Below, piece after piece: positions 37,220 through 50,812 of a DNA stretch of 61,755 nt; the first letter of the stretch is position 1; each line of letters begins with the position of its first letter. The DNA comes from Candidatus Kuenenia stuttgartensis (lineage in GTDB: Bacteria; Planctomycetota; Planctomycetia; Pirellulales; UBA1268), in assembly GCA_945897435.1 (NCBI GenBank), contig CAMDFJ010000006.1, positions 1 through 61,755 on the forward strand, in the 5' to 3' direction. The notes below the pieces were generated by a model. It worked only from the letters and a program-made list of their open reading frames with translations. It was not told the DNA's origin and did not search any database. The translations under genes and the position numbers were made by a program.

Positions 37220-38521
37220 TCAGGCGGCGTCGACGGTCGGCACGCCTGCCGGTGGCGCAGCGGGAGGTTCGTCCTCATCAGACCAGCAGGACAGGATCTG
37301 CAGTCCGCCGTATTCGTCGTCGTTGAACAGACATGCATGCCGGATCCAGATCTCAGGGTCAGCGAGCGGTGCCACCTCGATCGCCCGCGGCCGGTCTCGA
37401 CCGGCTGTGATCGAGGATCTTCGCAGCGGGTCGATTCCGAGGCAAACGATCCGCTGCGGTCCATCCGCGGATCGAGGGGGCGCCGAGGGATGACCGTAGA
37501 CCAGTCTCGCTTCTCCGGCCCCCGGCTCGAGCATCGGATCGCGCGGTTCACAGATCTCCACGGCGTCGGGGCGTGAATCCCTGCCGACATCGGCCATCAG
37601 GTTCGCCACCCGGTCCACCAGATCGAATTCCGATTCCAGCAGCGGCGGGTCGCGTCGGGCCAGACGGTGCCACCCCTCCACTGCCCGCTGCCAGATCTCC
37701 AGCGTCCTGCGTTCCAGCCATCCCTTCGATGATCCTGCCTGGCCTCTGCCCGCAAGCCAGGCTGCGAGCAGGGCGGGCAGGGCAAGAGGACGCACTGCGG
37801 CGAGTGTTCGAACCAGCCGCGGCGCCGTTTCACGGGTGGCGGCATGATCGCCCAGCAGCCCAGCGAACGGGACGAGGAGATCGACCGACAGGCTCTCGGC
37901 CAGGGTCGGGGGACGATCTGCTCCGATCCCGATCCGGGGAGAATTGTCTCCGGGATCGGTGCCGGAAGCGTCGCATGCCGGATCCCATCCGCTGCCATGC
38001 TGGACGACGACGCCGCCGCCGGCCCAGACCTGGCCGATGGCGAGGCCGAACCGGCCTGCCAGACGGCGGCAGAAATCTTCCTCGAGCCAGGGATCGCGAT
38101 CCCCTGTCAGCAGCGTGACATGGACGGGGATTCGCATCGCATTGCCCATCGCCGGACGCCCGCGGGAATCGGCTGAAGGCACCTCGACTCCGCGACGAAT
38201 GAGTCTGGCCAGCCGGCTGAGCAGTGGCCGGCCGGAGAGGATGGTCCGTTCCGTCACCTCGACCCTGGAAAGGGCGCTGGCTGCCGACCGCCGCCAGGGC
38301 CGCTGGGTTCCGAGCCAGGCCGAACTCAGGAGCCAGTCGAACGTGTCGCCGGCGAGCACGATGTCGAATCGCGAGATCGGTCGATAGCGGCCATCACGCC
38401 GAAACCCTGCCCGCACCGCAGCCCCGCATGCGGCCGAAAGGAAGCCGTCGATCGGGCGTCGCCGCGGACGTTCGGCAAGCGTGCCATCGCTGAAGCCCCA
38501 ATTCGAAACGACGACGAGCAC
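37220..38521 (-). CDS. Calcineurin-like metallophosphoesterase-fold protein with degenerate metal ligands
   Basis: Motif order VSNWG / AGDTFD / TGDRD / QHG / YGHPS. Confidence 0.55.
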   Translation of the reverse strand: MLVVVSNWGFSDGTLAERPRRRPIDGFLSAACGAAVRAGFRRDGRYRPISRFDIVLAGDTFDWLLSSAWLGTQRPWRRSAASALSRVEVTERTILSGRPLLSRLARLIRRGVEVPSADSRGRPAMGNAMRIPVHVTLLTGDRDPWLEEDFCRRLAGRFGLAIGQVWAGGGVVVQHGSGWDPACDASGTDPGDNSPRIGIGADRPPTLAESLSVDLLVPFAGLLGDHAATRETAPRLVRTLAAVRPLALPALLAAWLAGRGQAGSSKGWLERRTLEIWQRAVEGWHRLARRDPPLLESEFDLVDRVANLMADVGRDSRPDAVEICEPRDPMLEPGAGEARLVYGHPSAPPRSADGPQRIVCLGIDPLRRSSITAGRDRPRAIEVAPLADPEIWIRHACLFNDDEYGGLQILSCWSDEDEPPAAPPAGVPTVDAA

Positions 38522-38684
38522 GCCCGCGGCCCCCCTGGCAAGCCGTTCTCCTCCAGTCCGCCCCCTGCGGTTGATCGACCGGCACCCGCCGTCTCCTCGA
38601 CTCGACGGCCTGGAACCGCCCCCCGATCACCGGGGCCGCGGAACCTGTGCCGGTCGGGCCGGGTATCGGGCCCTTCCGGGGGCC

Positions 38685-40160
38685 TCAGGGATCGCCGAAC
38701 GAGGTCGTGCAGACGGAGTCGAGCGAGCCGTCGAGTTCGGCACCGGTGAGGATGGCCGTGGCCTTGGCCGCCCCCGGGACTGACATCCGATAGGCCAGCT
38801 CAAAGGTTGCCTGCCCACCCGGCGGCAGGCTCGAGATCGAGTCGAAGGCGATGGTCGACCCGTCGATTCGCACCCTCGAAGGCGTCGGGTCGCCCACGAG
38901 CCGTGACTGATCGGGCAGCACGACGACGAGATCGAGCCGTCCCGAGGGAGACGAGCCGTTGTTGGAAACGATGCAGACGAGGTTGGTGGCGCCTCCGACC
39001 TGCACCGGATCATCGAGGTCGGCGAGGGCGACCCGCAGCCCGGCCTCCCGAGGCGTCCGCGGCCGCGTCGCGGTCGAACGAACCATCACGCAGGATTCGT
39101 CAGCCACCATCACCCCGCCAACAAGGCCGCTCAGAACGCTCCGCACGCAGGACCGCGAGGCGGGCGAGTCGCGGAAACTCGTCATCGGAGCCTGGGCGCG
39201 GAGGTTGATCTGACGCCGCAACTGGCCGCCCGGTTCGATCGCTGGCAGATCCCAGGAAACGCTCGATGAACCGAGCTTGTATCCGTCCGACGCCTCCAGC
39301 GGTGCGAAGGCCCCGTCCCAGGAAAATTCAAGCTTTGTCGGTGGCGCCGGGGCCGTCCCGGTGTTTCGGACGGTGGCCGAATATTCTGCCACGGCGCCCG
39401 ACATCAGTTCGCCGGGACCGTTGAGATCGAGTTCGAGCGACGGGGCAGCGACCGGCGAGGTCGAAGCCGATGCCAACGGCTGAAGCACCGGTGGCGTCGC
39501 CGGGACCGGCTGCGTCTGCACGACGGGAGCGGGTGGCTGCACTGGCGCCGGGGGAACGACGGGTGAAGGAATCACAGGTGCAGGCATCACCGGCGCAGGC
39601 ATGACAGGTGCCGGCATCACAGGTGGCGGTATGTACTGCGGCGTGCTGACAACTGGCGGCGGTGACGCAACGACCGGCGGCGCTGCAACCACTGCCGGCG
39701 GCGAGAACGAGGGCTGGGCGAGGGTTGCTGCCGAGACCTGCACGCACTCGGTCGCCCCGCCCATGAAGGTGTGCGCCTGATCGAGGATTTCGACACGATG
39801 GCACTGCCTGCCGGGCTCGTCGAGCGAGAAGTCGAGCGTCAGCCGACGGGATGTGCCGGCAGCCAGATCGATGGTGCCCCGCTGCTCGATCGGGCTGGCG
39901 GAGGCGGGGTGATGGAAGCCCTTGTCGAAGTAATCAACGACCCTGAGGCCGGTGAGCGGACGGCCGGAACGATTGACCAACTCCACCTCAAACGCCACCT
40001 TGTCGCCGACCCGTGCCGCGAGCGGGCCGGTAATGTTGACGAGCACCGGATCCTCGGCAAACACGGGAACCGCCCCGAGGGCGAACAGGCACGCAAGCCA
40101 GGCCAAGGCGTCTGGCCGGAGTGACGCTCTGTGCAGTCGCGATCGTGTCTTCGAGCCCAT
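38685..40160 (-). CDS. Exported DUF11/CARDB-like Ig-repeat protein with Pro-rich linker
   Basis: Signal peptide; three Ig-like modules (VGDKVAFEVELVN, YSATVRNTG, DLDDPVQVG..VSNNG); SD GGAGG. Confidence 0.7.
   Translation of the reverse strand: MGSKTRSRLHRASLRPDALAWLACLFALGAVPVFAEDPVLVNITGPLAARVGDKVAFEVELVNRSGRPLTGLRVVDYFDKGFHHPASASPIEQRGTIDLAAGTSRRLTLDFSLDEPGRQCHRVEILDQAHTFMGGATECVQVSAATLAQPSFSPPAVVAAPPVVASPPPVVSTPQYIPPPVMPAPVMPAPVMPAPVIPSPVVPPAPVQPPAPVVQTQPVPATPPVLQPLASASTSPVAAPSLELDLNGPGELMSGAVAEYSATVRNTGTAPAPPTKLEFSWDGAFAPLEASDGYKLGSSSVSWDLPAIEPGGQLRRQINLRAQAPMTSFRDSPASRSCVRSVLSGLVGGVMVADESCVMVRSTATRPRTPREAGLRVALADLDDPVQVGGATNLVCIVSNNGSSPSGRLDLVVVLPDQSRLVGDPTPSRVRIDGSTIAFDSISSLPPGGQATFELAYRMSVPGAAKATAILTGAELDGSLDSVCTTSFGDP
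39568..39627 (-). repeat. Degenerate 15-bp coding repeat x4 (xPV[MI]P pentapeptides)
   Basis: PPVMP APVMP APVMP APVIP in translation. Confidence 0.75.
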
Positions 40161-40277
40161 GCGGATTCCTCCCTGGAGCGGCCTCAATCGGCGGGAAGCC
40201 TACCACGCGACCGACCGCCGCTGCCACGTCCCACGGCCGCAGGGGTTGGGAGCGAGCCAGCCGGCGGAGCCAGCCTA

Positions 40278-40437
40278 GGAAAACCGGACACGATGTCCGG
40301 GCTTTTCGTGAAGCACCCACGACAGGCTGAAGCCTGTCCCACTTCCGACAAGGGTTAGGCCAGGATGGCCGGGTCAGCACCAGCAACCGGAAGTTGCCAA
40401 GGAAAACCGGACACGATGTCCGGGTTTTCCGTGAAGC
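40278..40437 (-). repeat. Mosaic palindromic element: long hairpin (40278-40313), REP-like copy 3 (40321-40342), linker, short hairpin, long hairpin (40401-40437)
   Basis: GGAAAA-CCGGACA-CGA-TGTCCGG twice; GCAAC-CGGAA-GTTGC; homologous to 10032-10232. Confidence 0.88.
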
Positions 40438-40441
40438 CAGC

Positions 40442-41101
40442 TCACTCGCTGGCCCGATGGCGGACGATGTCCCCCTCCACCATGTAGATCACGTCCTCGG
40501 CCACGTTCGTCGCCATATCGGCAATCCGCTCGATGTGCTTCGAGACCGAGTTCACCCGCAGCAGGTTCTCGACGTTCTCAGGGTTTTGCTGGATGCCGCG
40601 AAGCACCTTGCGACGGATCTGCTGGCGACACTCGTCGACCGCGTCATCCTCCTCCCGCACCTGACGGGCAAGGGCGGGATCGGCGTTGACGACGGCATCG
40701 AGGCACTGCTTCACCATCTCCTGGGCCTGCATCGCCATCGAGCGGATCTCCGGCGGCATGTCACGGGGATCCTGATTGGCGAGTTGGCCCACCCGCTTGG
40801 CGATGTTCTTGGCGAGGTCTCCCATCCGCTCGAGATCGTTGTTGATCTTCAGCACGGCCACCACGAACCGCAGATCGGCCGCCACGGGCTGGTAGAGGGC
40901 GAGGATCTTGAGGCATTCCTCCTCCACCTCGACCTCCATCCTGTCGATCTCCTCGTCGTTCGCGGTGACCCGCTGGGCGAGGTGGACGTCGCGATTGATG
41001 AGCGCTGTGATCGACTTTGAAATCGCCTCCTCGACGAGCGTGCCGACGCGGAGGATCTTCTCCTTGAGCTGGTCGACCTGTCGTTCAATGTGGCGGGGCA
41101 T
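40442..41101 (-). CDS. phoU: Phosphate signalling complex protein PhoU
   Basis: LALYQPVAADLR, DLERMGD, IERIADMATNVAE. Confidence 0.95.
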   Translation of the reverse strand: MPRHIERQVDQLKEKILRVGTLVEEAISKSITALINRDVHLAQRVTANDEEIDRMEVEVEEECLKILALYQPVAADLRFVVAVLKINNDLERMGDLAKNIAKRVGQLANQDPRDMPPEIRSMAMQAQEMVKQCLDAVVNADPALARQVREEDDAVDECRQQIRRKVLRGIQQNPENVENLLRVNSVSKHIERIADMATNVAEDVIYMVEGDIVRHRASE

Positions 41102-41145
41102 GCGTGATCGGTTTTCGGTAAAGCCTCGGCAGCGGTCGTTCGGAA

Positions 41146-42078
41146 CTAGCCGAACCGGCCGGTGACGTAGGCCTCGGTTTCCCGGAGAATGGGCTTGGTG
41201 AAGATCTCTGTCGTCGGCCCGTACTCGATCAGCCGGCCGAGGTACATGAAGGCGGTGAAATCGCTCGTCCTGCTCGCCTGCTGCATGTTGTGGGTCACGA
41301 TCAGCACGGAGTAGCGGCCCCGCAGTTCCTGGATCAGATCCTCGACCTTCCCTGTGGCAATCGGATCGAGCGCCGAGCAGGGTTCGTCGAGCAGCAGCAC
41401 CTCGGGCTCCGCCGCAATGGCCCGGGCGATGCAGAGCCGCTGCTGCTGACCGCCCGAGAGGCCAAGGGCGCTGTCGTGGAGACGGTCCTTGACCTCGTCC
41501 CAGAGTGCCGCCCCCCGCAGGCTCAGTTCGCAGACCTCGTCGAGCACGCCGCGGCTGTGCTCCCCGTCGATCCGCAGGGAATAGACGACGTTCTCGTAGA
41601 TACTCATCGGAAATGGGTTCGGCTTCTGAAAAACCATGCCCATCCGCTTCCGCAGTTCGATCACATCCATTCGCGGGTCGTAGATCGAGTCGCCATTGAG
41701 ACGCATGTCGCCGGTGACGCGAACGCTCTGCACGAGGTCATTGAGTCGATTCACGCTTCGCAGAAGCGTCGACTTGCCGCATCCGCTCGGCCCGACCAGG
41801 GCCGTGACCTTGTTGAGAGGAATCGCCATCGTCACCGAGTGAATCGCCTGCTTTCCGCCGTACCAGAGATTGAACCGGTCGATCTCGAGCACGGGGTTTT
41901 CGAGCAGCACCTGCTCGTGGACCTCCGAGGGCACGTCCCGCCCGGCGGCCACGGAGGCAAGACGGTCGGTGATCGGGGATTCGGCGCCGCTGCCGGTTTG
42001 ACCCGCTGCCTGCGTTCGCTGGAGATCCATCGGAGACTGCATGGTGGGAGTGATGAAGATCTGGGGTTGGACGGTCAT
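41146..42078 (-). CDS. pstB: Phosphate ABC transporter ATP-binding protein
   Basis: [47 protein letters not shown]; start approximate. Confidence 0.95.
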   Translation of the reverse strand: MTVQPQIFITPTMQSPMDLQRTQAAGQTGSGAESPITDRLASVAAGRDVPSEVHEQVLLENPVLEIDRFNLWYGGKQAIHSVTMAIPLNKVTALVGPSGCGKSTLLRSVNRLNDLVQSVRVTGDMRLNGDSIYDPRMDVIELRKRMGMVFQKPNPFPMSIYENVVYSLRIDGEHSRGVLDEVCELSLRGAALWDEVKDRLHDSALGLSGGQQQRLCIARAIAAEPEVLLLDEPCSALDPIATGKVEDLIQELRGRYSVLIVTHNMQQASRTSDFTAFMYLGRLIEYGPTTEIFTKPILRETEAYVTGRFG

Positions 42079-42104
42079 GATACCGGGTCTTTCACCGGCG
42101 CGAC

Positions 42105-43784
42105 TCAAAACTGCTGCGAGAGGTGGCGGCGTTTCAGCCGTGATCGGATCCAGATCGCGGTCAGGTTCAGCAGCGCGATGATCGTGACCAGGAGGAAGGT
42201 GATCGTAAACACGACTGGCTTTGCAGCCTGGCTGTTGGGGCTTTGGAAGCCGACGTCGTAGATCAGATAGGCGAGGTGCATGAACTCGCGTTCCGGATGG
42301 ATGAACGGAAACGTGCCATCGATCGGCAGATCGAGGGCCAGTTTCTTTACCCCGACGAGCATCAGCGGCGCCACCTCCCCTGCCCCGCGGGCCATGGCGA
42401 GGATCAGCCCGGTCATGATGCCCGGAAGCGCCCGCGGCAGCACGATCCGCCGAATCGTCTGCCACTTCCCCGCCCCGCAGGCGTAGGAACCCTCCCGCAT
42501 CGAGTTTGGCACCGCCGAGAGCGCCTCCTCGGTGGCCACGATCACGACCGGCAGCGTCAGCAGCGCCAGCGTCAGCGAGGCCCAAAGCAGACCGCCGGTG
42601 CCGAACGTCGGCTGATTGTCGGCGACCAGACTCGGCTGGAAGAAGATGTCGTCGATGCCGCTGCCGAGCACGTAGCAGAAGAAGCCCAGCCCAAATGCCC
42701 CGTAGACGATGCTCGGTACGCCGGCGAGATTGTTGATCGCGATCCGAATCGCGGTGGTCACGGGGCCCGGCGTCGCATACTCCCGCAGATAGAGCGCCGC
42801 GAGCATTCCGAACGGCGCCACCAGCAGCGCCATGATCAGGGTCATCGCCACGGTGCCCCAGATCGCCGGAAACACTCCGCCGGCGCTGTTGGCCTCCCTG
42901 GGATCGTCGCTGAGAAACTCCCACCAACGGGAGAAGTACACCCCCGCCTTGCCCAAGAATGACAGCCGGTTCGGCTGCCATGCCCGCACGATGCCATCGA
43001 GCCTGACCGGGATCTTCGTGCCGTCGGCGGCGAGAAACTCGACCGCCCAGCCCTCGTTCTGGCCCCGCAGACTGGCAGTCTCCTTGTCGAGCCGGGCCGA
43101 CTGTTCGCCGGTCCGCTGGGCAACCCTCTTTTCAGCCTCCAGCGCCCGGGCGTAACCGGCGCTCTGCCGGCCGCCGTCGAGATCCGCCTGGACAACAGCC
43201 AGACGGGCCGCCCGCAGATCCCTTTGCAACACGCCGCGGTCATGGCGATCGATCCTCAGCGCCCGACGCCATCGGGCCATCGCGGGCGGATGCAGCCGCT
43301 CGAACTCCCGCCAGGTCTTCTCCGGCCCCTCCGCGATCACCTCGTCACCGTGCAGGAGCCGGGAGGGTGTTCCGTGCAGCCTGCCCGATTCCATCCGCTC
43401 CACGGCGGTGGCCCAACGCGGAAGACTGACCGCGGCGATGCTCCGGTCCTCGAACCACTCGTAGTGGTTTCCGCTGATCTCGAAGTTCTCCGTCCGCACC
43501 AGGCGGCGACGAGCGGTCGCCGCCCCGCCCGCAGACACCGGCATCTCCTCGTTGGCGGTCACCTCGCCGAGCACCCGCCGCCCATCGGAGAGTTCCAGAA
43601 GTTCGAGTGGCGCCGGCCAAAACGTGCTCGCACCGCGGATCGCGATAAACGCCAGCAGGCCTGTGATCATCGCGATCGCCAGCGCGAGTCCTCCGCCAGT
43701 CAGCCAGATCCACGGCTCGCCGTGTGCGGCGAGGCTCGTGTGTGCCGAGCCCAGACGTCGCGGACGGCGGGTTTCAGAGCTCAT
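42105..43784 (-). CDS. pstA: Phosphate ABC transporter permease PstA (long form)
   Basis: [40 protein letters not shown]; start overlaps pstC end. Confidence 0.93.
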   Translation of the reverse strand: MSSETRRPRRLGSAHTSLAAHGEPWIWLTGGGLALAIAMITGLLAFIAIRGASTFWPAPLELLELSDGRRVLGEVTANEEMPVSAGGAATARRRLVRTENFEISGNHYEWFEDRSIAAVSLPRWATAVERMESGRLHGTPSRLLHGDEVIAEGPEKTWREFERLHPPAMARWRRALRIDRHDRGVLQRDLRAARLAVVQADLDGGRQSAGYARALEAEKRVAQRTGEQSARLDKETASLRGQNEGWAVEFLAADGTKIPVRLDGIVRAWQPNRLSFLGKAGVYFSRWWEFLSDDPREANSAGGVFPAIWGTVAMTLIMALLVAPFGMLAALYLREYATPGPVTTAIRIAINNLAGVPSIVYGAFGLGFFCYVLGSGIDDIFFQPSLVADNQPTFGTGGLLWASLTLALLTLPVVIVATEEALSAVPNSMREGSYACGAGKWQTIRRIVLPRALPGIMTGLILAMARGAGEVAPLMLVGVKKLALDLPIDGTFPFIHPEREFMHLAYLIYDVGFQSPNSQAAKPVVFTITFLLVTIIALLNLTAIWIRSRLKRRHLSQQF

Positions 43785-46416
43785 AGGACCTTCTCCGGAA
43801 CCGCTGTCGCACGATCTCCGCTGCCGTGTTGACCACGAAGGTGATTGCAAAAAGGACGAGCGCGGCCAGGAACAAAACCCTGTAATGGGCGGTACCGCGG
43901 GCCGCTTCGGGCAGTTCGGTGGCGATGGCGGCCGACAGCGTCTGGAATCCATTGAACAGGTTCCAGCCAATCAGCGGCGTGTTGCCGGCGGCCATCAGCA
44001 CGATCATCGTCTCGCCGACCGCCCTGCCGAGACCGATCATCACGGCCGAGAACAGGCCGCTCGTGGCCGCGGGAATGATTACCCGAGTCGCCGTCTGCCA
44101 GGGTGTGGCTCCCGCACCCAGCGAGGCGCTCCGCAGATGTTCCGGCACGCTCGAGAGCGCGTCGTCGGCGATCGTGAAGATCAGCGGAATGATCGCGAAA
44201 CTCATGCCGATCGCGACGATCATCGCATTTCGCTGGACGTAGGTGTCGAAGATGCCACCGCGGGTGTCGAACCGCAGGGCGTCGAGAAAGACGGCTGCCG
44301 CGACGGCGAACACGACGGTCAGTCCGAGCCCGGCTGCGAACGTTGCCAGCGATGTGAGCCCGGCCCGGCGCCGGCTCCAGCCGACGCTTGCCTGCCGCAG
44401 CCAGGGATTGACGAGCCTGCCGCAGAGCACGGCCGCGGCGATCGCCGAAAGGGGGAGCATGGCCAGCATCCAGCCGCCCAGTCCGCTGCCCTCGCGGCCG
44501 TCGAGCCAGCCGCGAAAGTCTCCCTGAAAAAGCAGCCGCTCCATCAGCGGCCCGACGCTCCTCGCAAGCATCGCGCCGAGCGGCAGGGCAACCAGAGAGA
44601 TCACGAAAAACCGTGCCGCTGCCAGCGCGTTTCGCCACTCGGTCGGCAGCAACTGCCAGAGGTGGGCACCCGTCAGCAGCGTGAGCGGCACTGTGAAGCA
44701 ACCGGCGATCACGGTCATCACCCTGGATTCGACAAATGGCGCGAGGATCAGTCCGGCGATGAATCCGAGCACAACGCTCGGCAGGCTGGCCATCATCTCG
44801 ATCGTCGGCTTCACCCGGGCCCGCCAGCGCGGATGCATGAACTGGCTCGAATAGATCGCCGCCAGAAGGGCGATCGGGGTGGCGAAGAGCATCGAAAAGC
44901 AGGTCGCCTTGAGCGTGCCAAAGACCAGCGGTACGAGCCCAAATTTGGATTCGAACGACTCATGGCCGGTCGTCTCCCAGGCATGCACCGGCCGTGGGTA
45001 GTTCTCGTACCAGAGCCTGCCGAAAAGCGAATCGAGCGAGACCTCCGGGTAGCCGGCATCGAACGGCCAGGCAGCCACCCGCCGGGGGTCGGCGGCGAGA
45101 ATACGGTTCTCACGGGGCGTGATCAGGATCATGTCGGCCGACGGCCCGGACGCCCCGGCGGCGTTCGAGAGTTCGAGAACTGTCGTCCCGCCGGTCGCCT
45201 GGAGGAGCCGGATGCCACCCCCGGCATCGGCCACGGCGAACAGTCTCGACCGCGGCGAGGCTGCGATCGCGGTGACTGCGCCGGCGTCACCAGGACGCTT
45301 CGGAGGAAACGTCTTCGCGGCGACCATTCGCAGCCCGTCGGACGCCGTGGCATCGGCGGCCCGGGTCGCGAAGAAGACGCGAACGGTGCCCTTCGTGTCG
45401 GCGACGGCCAGCGACTTGCCGCCAAACAGCCGCGTGACGGCCGCGACATCTGGCTCGCCGGGGGCCACATCGAACTCCTCCATCAGCACCGGGTTCTCGA
45501 TCGTCCGAATCTCGTAGCGACGGGAAAGGCCGTCGGCGTCGATCACGAACACCTGGTCGCCGAGATCGGAGACCCGGACGAATCGCGGCCGCCGGCTGCC
45601 GCCGGCATCCGTGGCCTGTCCCGCTCCAGCCCGCCGGGATTCGGGCTCGATCGTCGCGCCTGAAGACGTGGAGACGACCTCGTCGGTGAGGAGGTTGCGG
45701 CGGGAACTGATAGCCTCGACGCGAACCCTGCCACGCTGGTCGAGGGCTGCTGCCAGTGGGCCGTCGGAGAGCTGAGTCACATCGACGTCGAGCACCGGGG
45801 AATCGAGCACCCGCTCGGGTTCGGCCGCAAGATCGGCGACGAATCGAAGTCTGGCATGGCGGTCGTTCGCCCCGCGGACGACCACTGCATCGCCATCCAT
45901 CGCGGCCTCGCCAGGACCGAGCTTTCGAAGAACGGCGTCAAGGTCGGCAGCCGCCACGAACTCCGAATCGATCCCGATCCGCCCGCTTCGAAACGAGCCG
46001 TTCTCGAACCCGACAACGGCCTGCATCGTGCCCGGCTGAACCCTGATCGCCGAGGCCCCGGCCAGACCGGTCTCTGAGGCCGTCTTCCCGGCGAGTCGGC
46101 CGCCGTCGGCCGTCTTGAACAGGGTCACGCCGGAACCGTCGAGCAGCCAGCCGACCGCCCCCGATTCATCGCTGCCGATCGCGGCGAGCCGGGCCGGATC
46201 GTGGGGAACGTCTGCCCAATGGCCCGATCCCACCCGGGCCGACCCGAAGAGCGGCATCGCCACGGCCACGAGAAACACGCCGACCATCAGAACGGCCGCG
46301 ATCGTGCCGATGCCGCCCATCGTGATCAGGAATCGGGCGAACGCGTCGCTGGCCTTGACCCAGGGGTGGGCCTTGCGACGCCGTGGTCGGCCGGTGAATG
46401 TCGGCTTGGGTTGCAT
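43774..46416 (-). CDS. pstC: Phosphate ABC transporter permease PstC with large extracytoplasmic (beta-propeller-like) domain
   Basis: PLVFGTLKAT, KPTIEMMASLPSVVLGF, GRAVGETMIVLM, ELPEA. Confidence 0.92.
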   Translation of the reverse strand: MQPKPTFTGRPRRRKAHPWVKASDAFARFLITMGGIGTIAAVLMVGVFLVAVAMPLFGSARVGSGHWADVPHDPARLAAIGSDESGAVGWLLDGSGVTLFKTADGGRLAGKTASETGLAGASAIRVQPGTMQAVVGFENGSFRSGRIGIDSEFVAAADLDAVLRKLGPGEAAMDGDAVVVRGANDRHARLRFVADLAAEPERVLDSPVLDVDVTQLSDGPLAAALDQRGRVRVEAISSRRNLLTDEVVSTSSGATIEPESRRAGAGQATDAGGSRRPRFVRVSDLGDQVFVIDADGLSRRYEIRTIENPVLMEEFDVAPGEPDVAAVTRLFGGKSLAVADTKGTVRVFFATRAADATASDGLRMVAAKTFPPKRPGDAGAVTAIAASPRSRLFAVADAGGGIRLLQATGGTTVLELSNAAGASGPSADMILITPRENRILAADPRRVAAWPFDAGYPEVSLDSLFGRLWYENYPRPVHAWETTGHESFESKFGLVPLVFGTLKATCFSMLFATPIALLAAIYSSQFMHPRWRARVKPTIEMMASLPSVVLGFIAGLILAPFVESRVMTVIAGCFTVPLTLLTGAHLWQLLPTEWRNALAAARFFVISLVALPLGAMLARSVGPLMERLLFQGDFRGWLDGREGSGLGGWMLAMLPLSAIAAAVLCGRLVNPWLRQASVGWSRRRAGLTSLATFAAGLGLTVVFAVAAAVFLDALRFDTRGGIFDTYVQRNAMIVAIGMSFAIIPLIFTIADDALSSVPEHLRSASLGAGATPWQTATRVIIPAATSGLFSAVMIGLGRAVGETMIVLMAAGNTPLIGWNLFNGFQTLSAAIATELPEAARGTAHYRVLFLAALVLFAITFVVNTAAEIVRQRFRRRSYEL

Positions 46417-46449
46417 GCCCGTGGGCAAACCTCGGCTCCGAGCCGCCTC

Positions 46450-47460
46450 TCAGGGAGTGACGGCGCCCACGCTCTCGAGCGCCCGCCTGGCAATCGGCGG
46501 CGTGACCGGCAGGTAGCCGTCCTTCTTCACGTCCGCCTGTCCATTGGCACTCAGAATATAGCGAATGAATTCCCGACGCAGTGGATCGAGTTCCGTGCCC
46601 GGTTTGTAGTTGACGCTCATGTAGAGAAACCGGGAGAGCGGATACTCGCCGCTGTAGGCGAACTTCGCGTCGGGGGGAATCGCGGCGGCGCCGGCCTTGG
46701 GCGCGAGGGGCACGGCGCGAACGTCGGCGGTCTTGTAGCCGATGCCGCTGTACCCGATCGCGTAACGATCGCTGGCCACGGCCTGCACGACGGTGGCACT
46801 GCCAGGCTGCTCCTTCACGGTCGGCTTGAAGTCGCCCTTGAAGAGCGCGTGCTCCTTGAAATAGCCATAGGTTCCGCTCGTCGCGTTACGGCCGTAGAGG
46901 CTGATCGGCTTGTCCTTCCATTCCCCATCGAGGCCGAGATCGCCCCAGGTACGGATCTCGTTCTTGGCCCCACCGGTGCGGTTTTTCGAGAAGATCGCAT
47001 CGATTTCCTGCAGCGAGAAGGCGTTGATCGGGTTGTCCTTGTGGACATAGACGGCCAGCATGTCGATCGCAGCCGGGATCACGGTCGGGGCGTAGCCGTG
47101 CTTCTCCTTGAAGAGATCGACTTCCGCCGGCTTCCAGTCGCGGCTCATCGGGCCGAACGTGCTCGTGCCCTCGGTCAACGCCGGCGGCCCCGAAGCCGAG
47201 CCCTTGCCCTCGATCCCCTCCTGCACGCTGGGATAGAACTTCTTGAATCCCTCAGCCCAGTGGGCGACGAGATTGTTCATCGTGTCGGAGCCGACGCACT
47301 TGAGGGTGCCTGAGACCTCTCCAGCAACTTTTTCGTAGGGGCCGATCTCCGCGGCCGGTTTGGCTGCCGGCGTGGCGACCGCCTGGGCATCGGCCTGCGA
47401 CATCGCGGCCAGCGAGAGCACGAGGGCCAGGGTGACAGTCTGAAAGATGCCGTCCCGCAT
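46450..47460 (-). CDS. pstS: Phosphate ABC transporter substrate-binding protein
   Basis: GSDTM, GKGSASG, GPMSR, GRNATSGT, YPLSRFLY; signal peptide. Confidence 0.94.
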   Translation of the reverse strand: MRDGIFQTVTLALVLSLAAMSQADAQAVATPAAKPAAEIGPYEKVAGEVSGTLKCVGSDTMNNLVAHWAEGFKKFYPSVQEGIEGKGSASGPPALTEGTSTFGPMSRDWKPAEVDLFKEKHGYAPTVIPAAIDMLAVYVHKDNPINAFSLQEIDAIFSKNRTGGAKNEIRTWGDLGLDGEWKDKPISLYGRNATSGTYGYFKEHALFKGDFKPTVKEQPGSATVVQAVASDRYAIGYSGIGYKTADVRAVPLAPKAGAAAIPPDAKFAYSGEYPLSRFLYMSVNYKPGTELDPLRREFIRYILSANGQADVKKDGYLPVTPPIARRALESVGAVTP

Positions 47461-47472
47461 TGATCAATCTCC

Positions 47473-47508
47473 TTGAGTCGATGAAAAGGATTGAGTCATT
47501 GAAAATGA
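47473..47508. repeat. AT-rich 18-bp tandem repeat just upstream of the pstS SD
   Basis: TTGAGTCGATGAAAAGGA / TTGAGTCATTGAAAATGA, 15/18 identical. Confidence 0.6.
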
Positions 47509-47629
47509 TTGTCTGAACAGTGAGCGAAGGCTGGTCGGAGTCTGTTCTGTCGGCATGCCATGATTTGGCCAGCATGCTGCCAGAGCACCATTGAAGCGCA
47601 GCGACAGCGGCCATTCAACGCGGGAGTCT

Positions 47630-47658
47630 GGCGAACGAGTATGAGGCTTTCGTGAGCG
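47630..47658 (-). promoter_or_regulatory. Candidate Pho box (11-bp periodic heptamers)
   Basis: Minus strand CGCTCAC-gaaa-GCCTCAT-actc-GTTCGCC upstream of pstS. Confidence 0.35.
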
Positions 47659-47706
47659 GAGGCAGATGGTCCTGAAAATTCCGCCTTGGGGGCTCGAAAC
47701 AGTTCC

Positions 47707-50775
<3,069 letters not shown>

Positions 50776-50812
50776 GAGACAACCTCCAGAAAAAAGTCCG
50801 CACGAATCCGCA

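Noticed and set aside
39480-39720. Pro-rich low-complexity tract as a variable-repeat system
   Set aside because: Codon-degenerate linker between Ig-like domains; ordinary for exported proteins
40356-40402. Superficial resemblance of CCGGAAG..GCCAAGG to SRP RNA domain IV
   Set aside because: Lacks the CAGG..GGAA..AGCAG symmetric loop and is part of a multi-copy element
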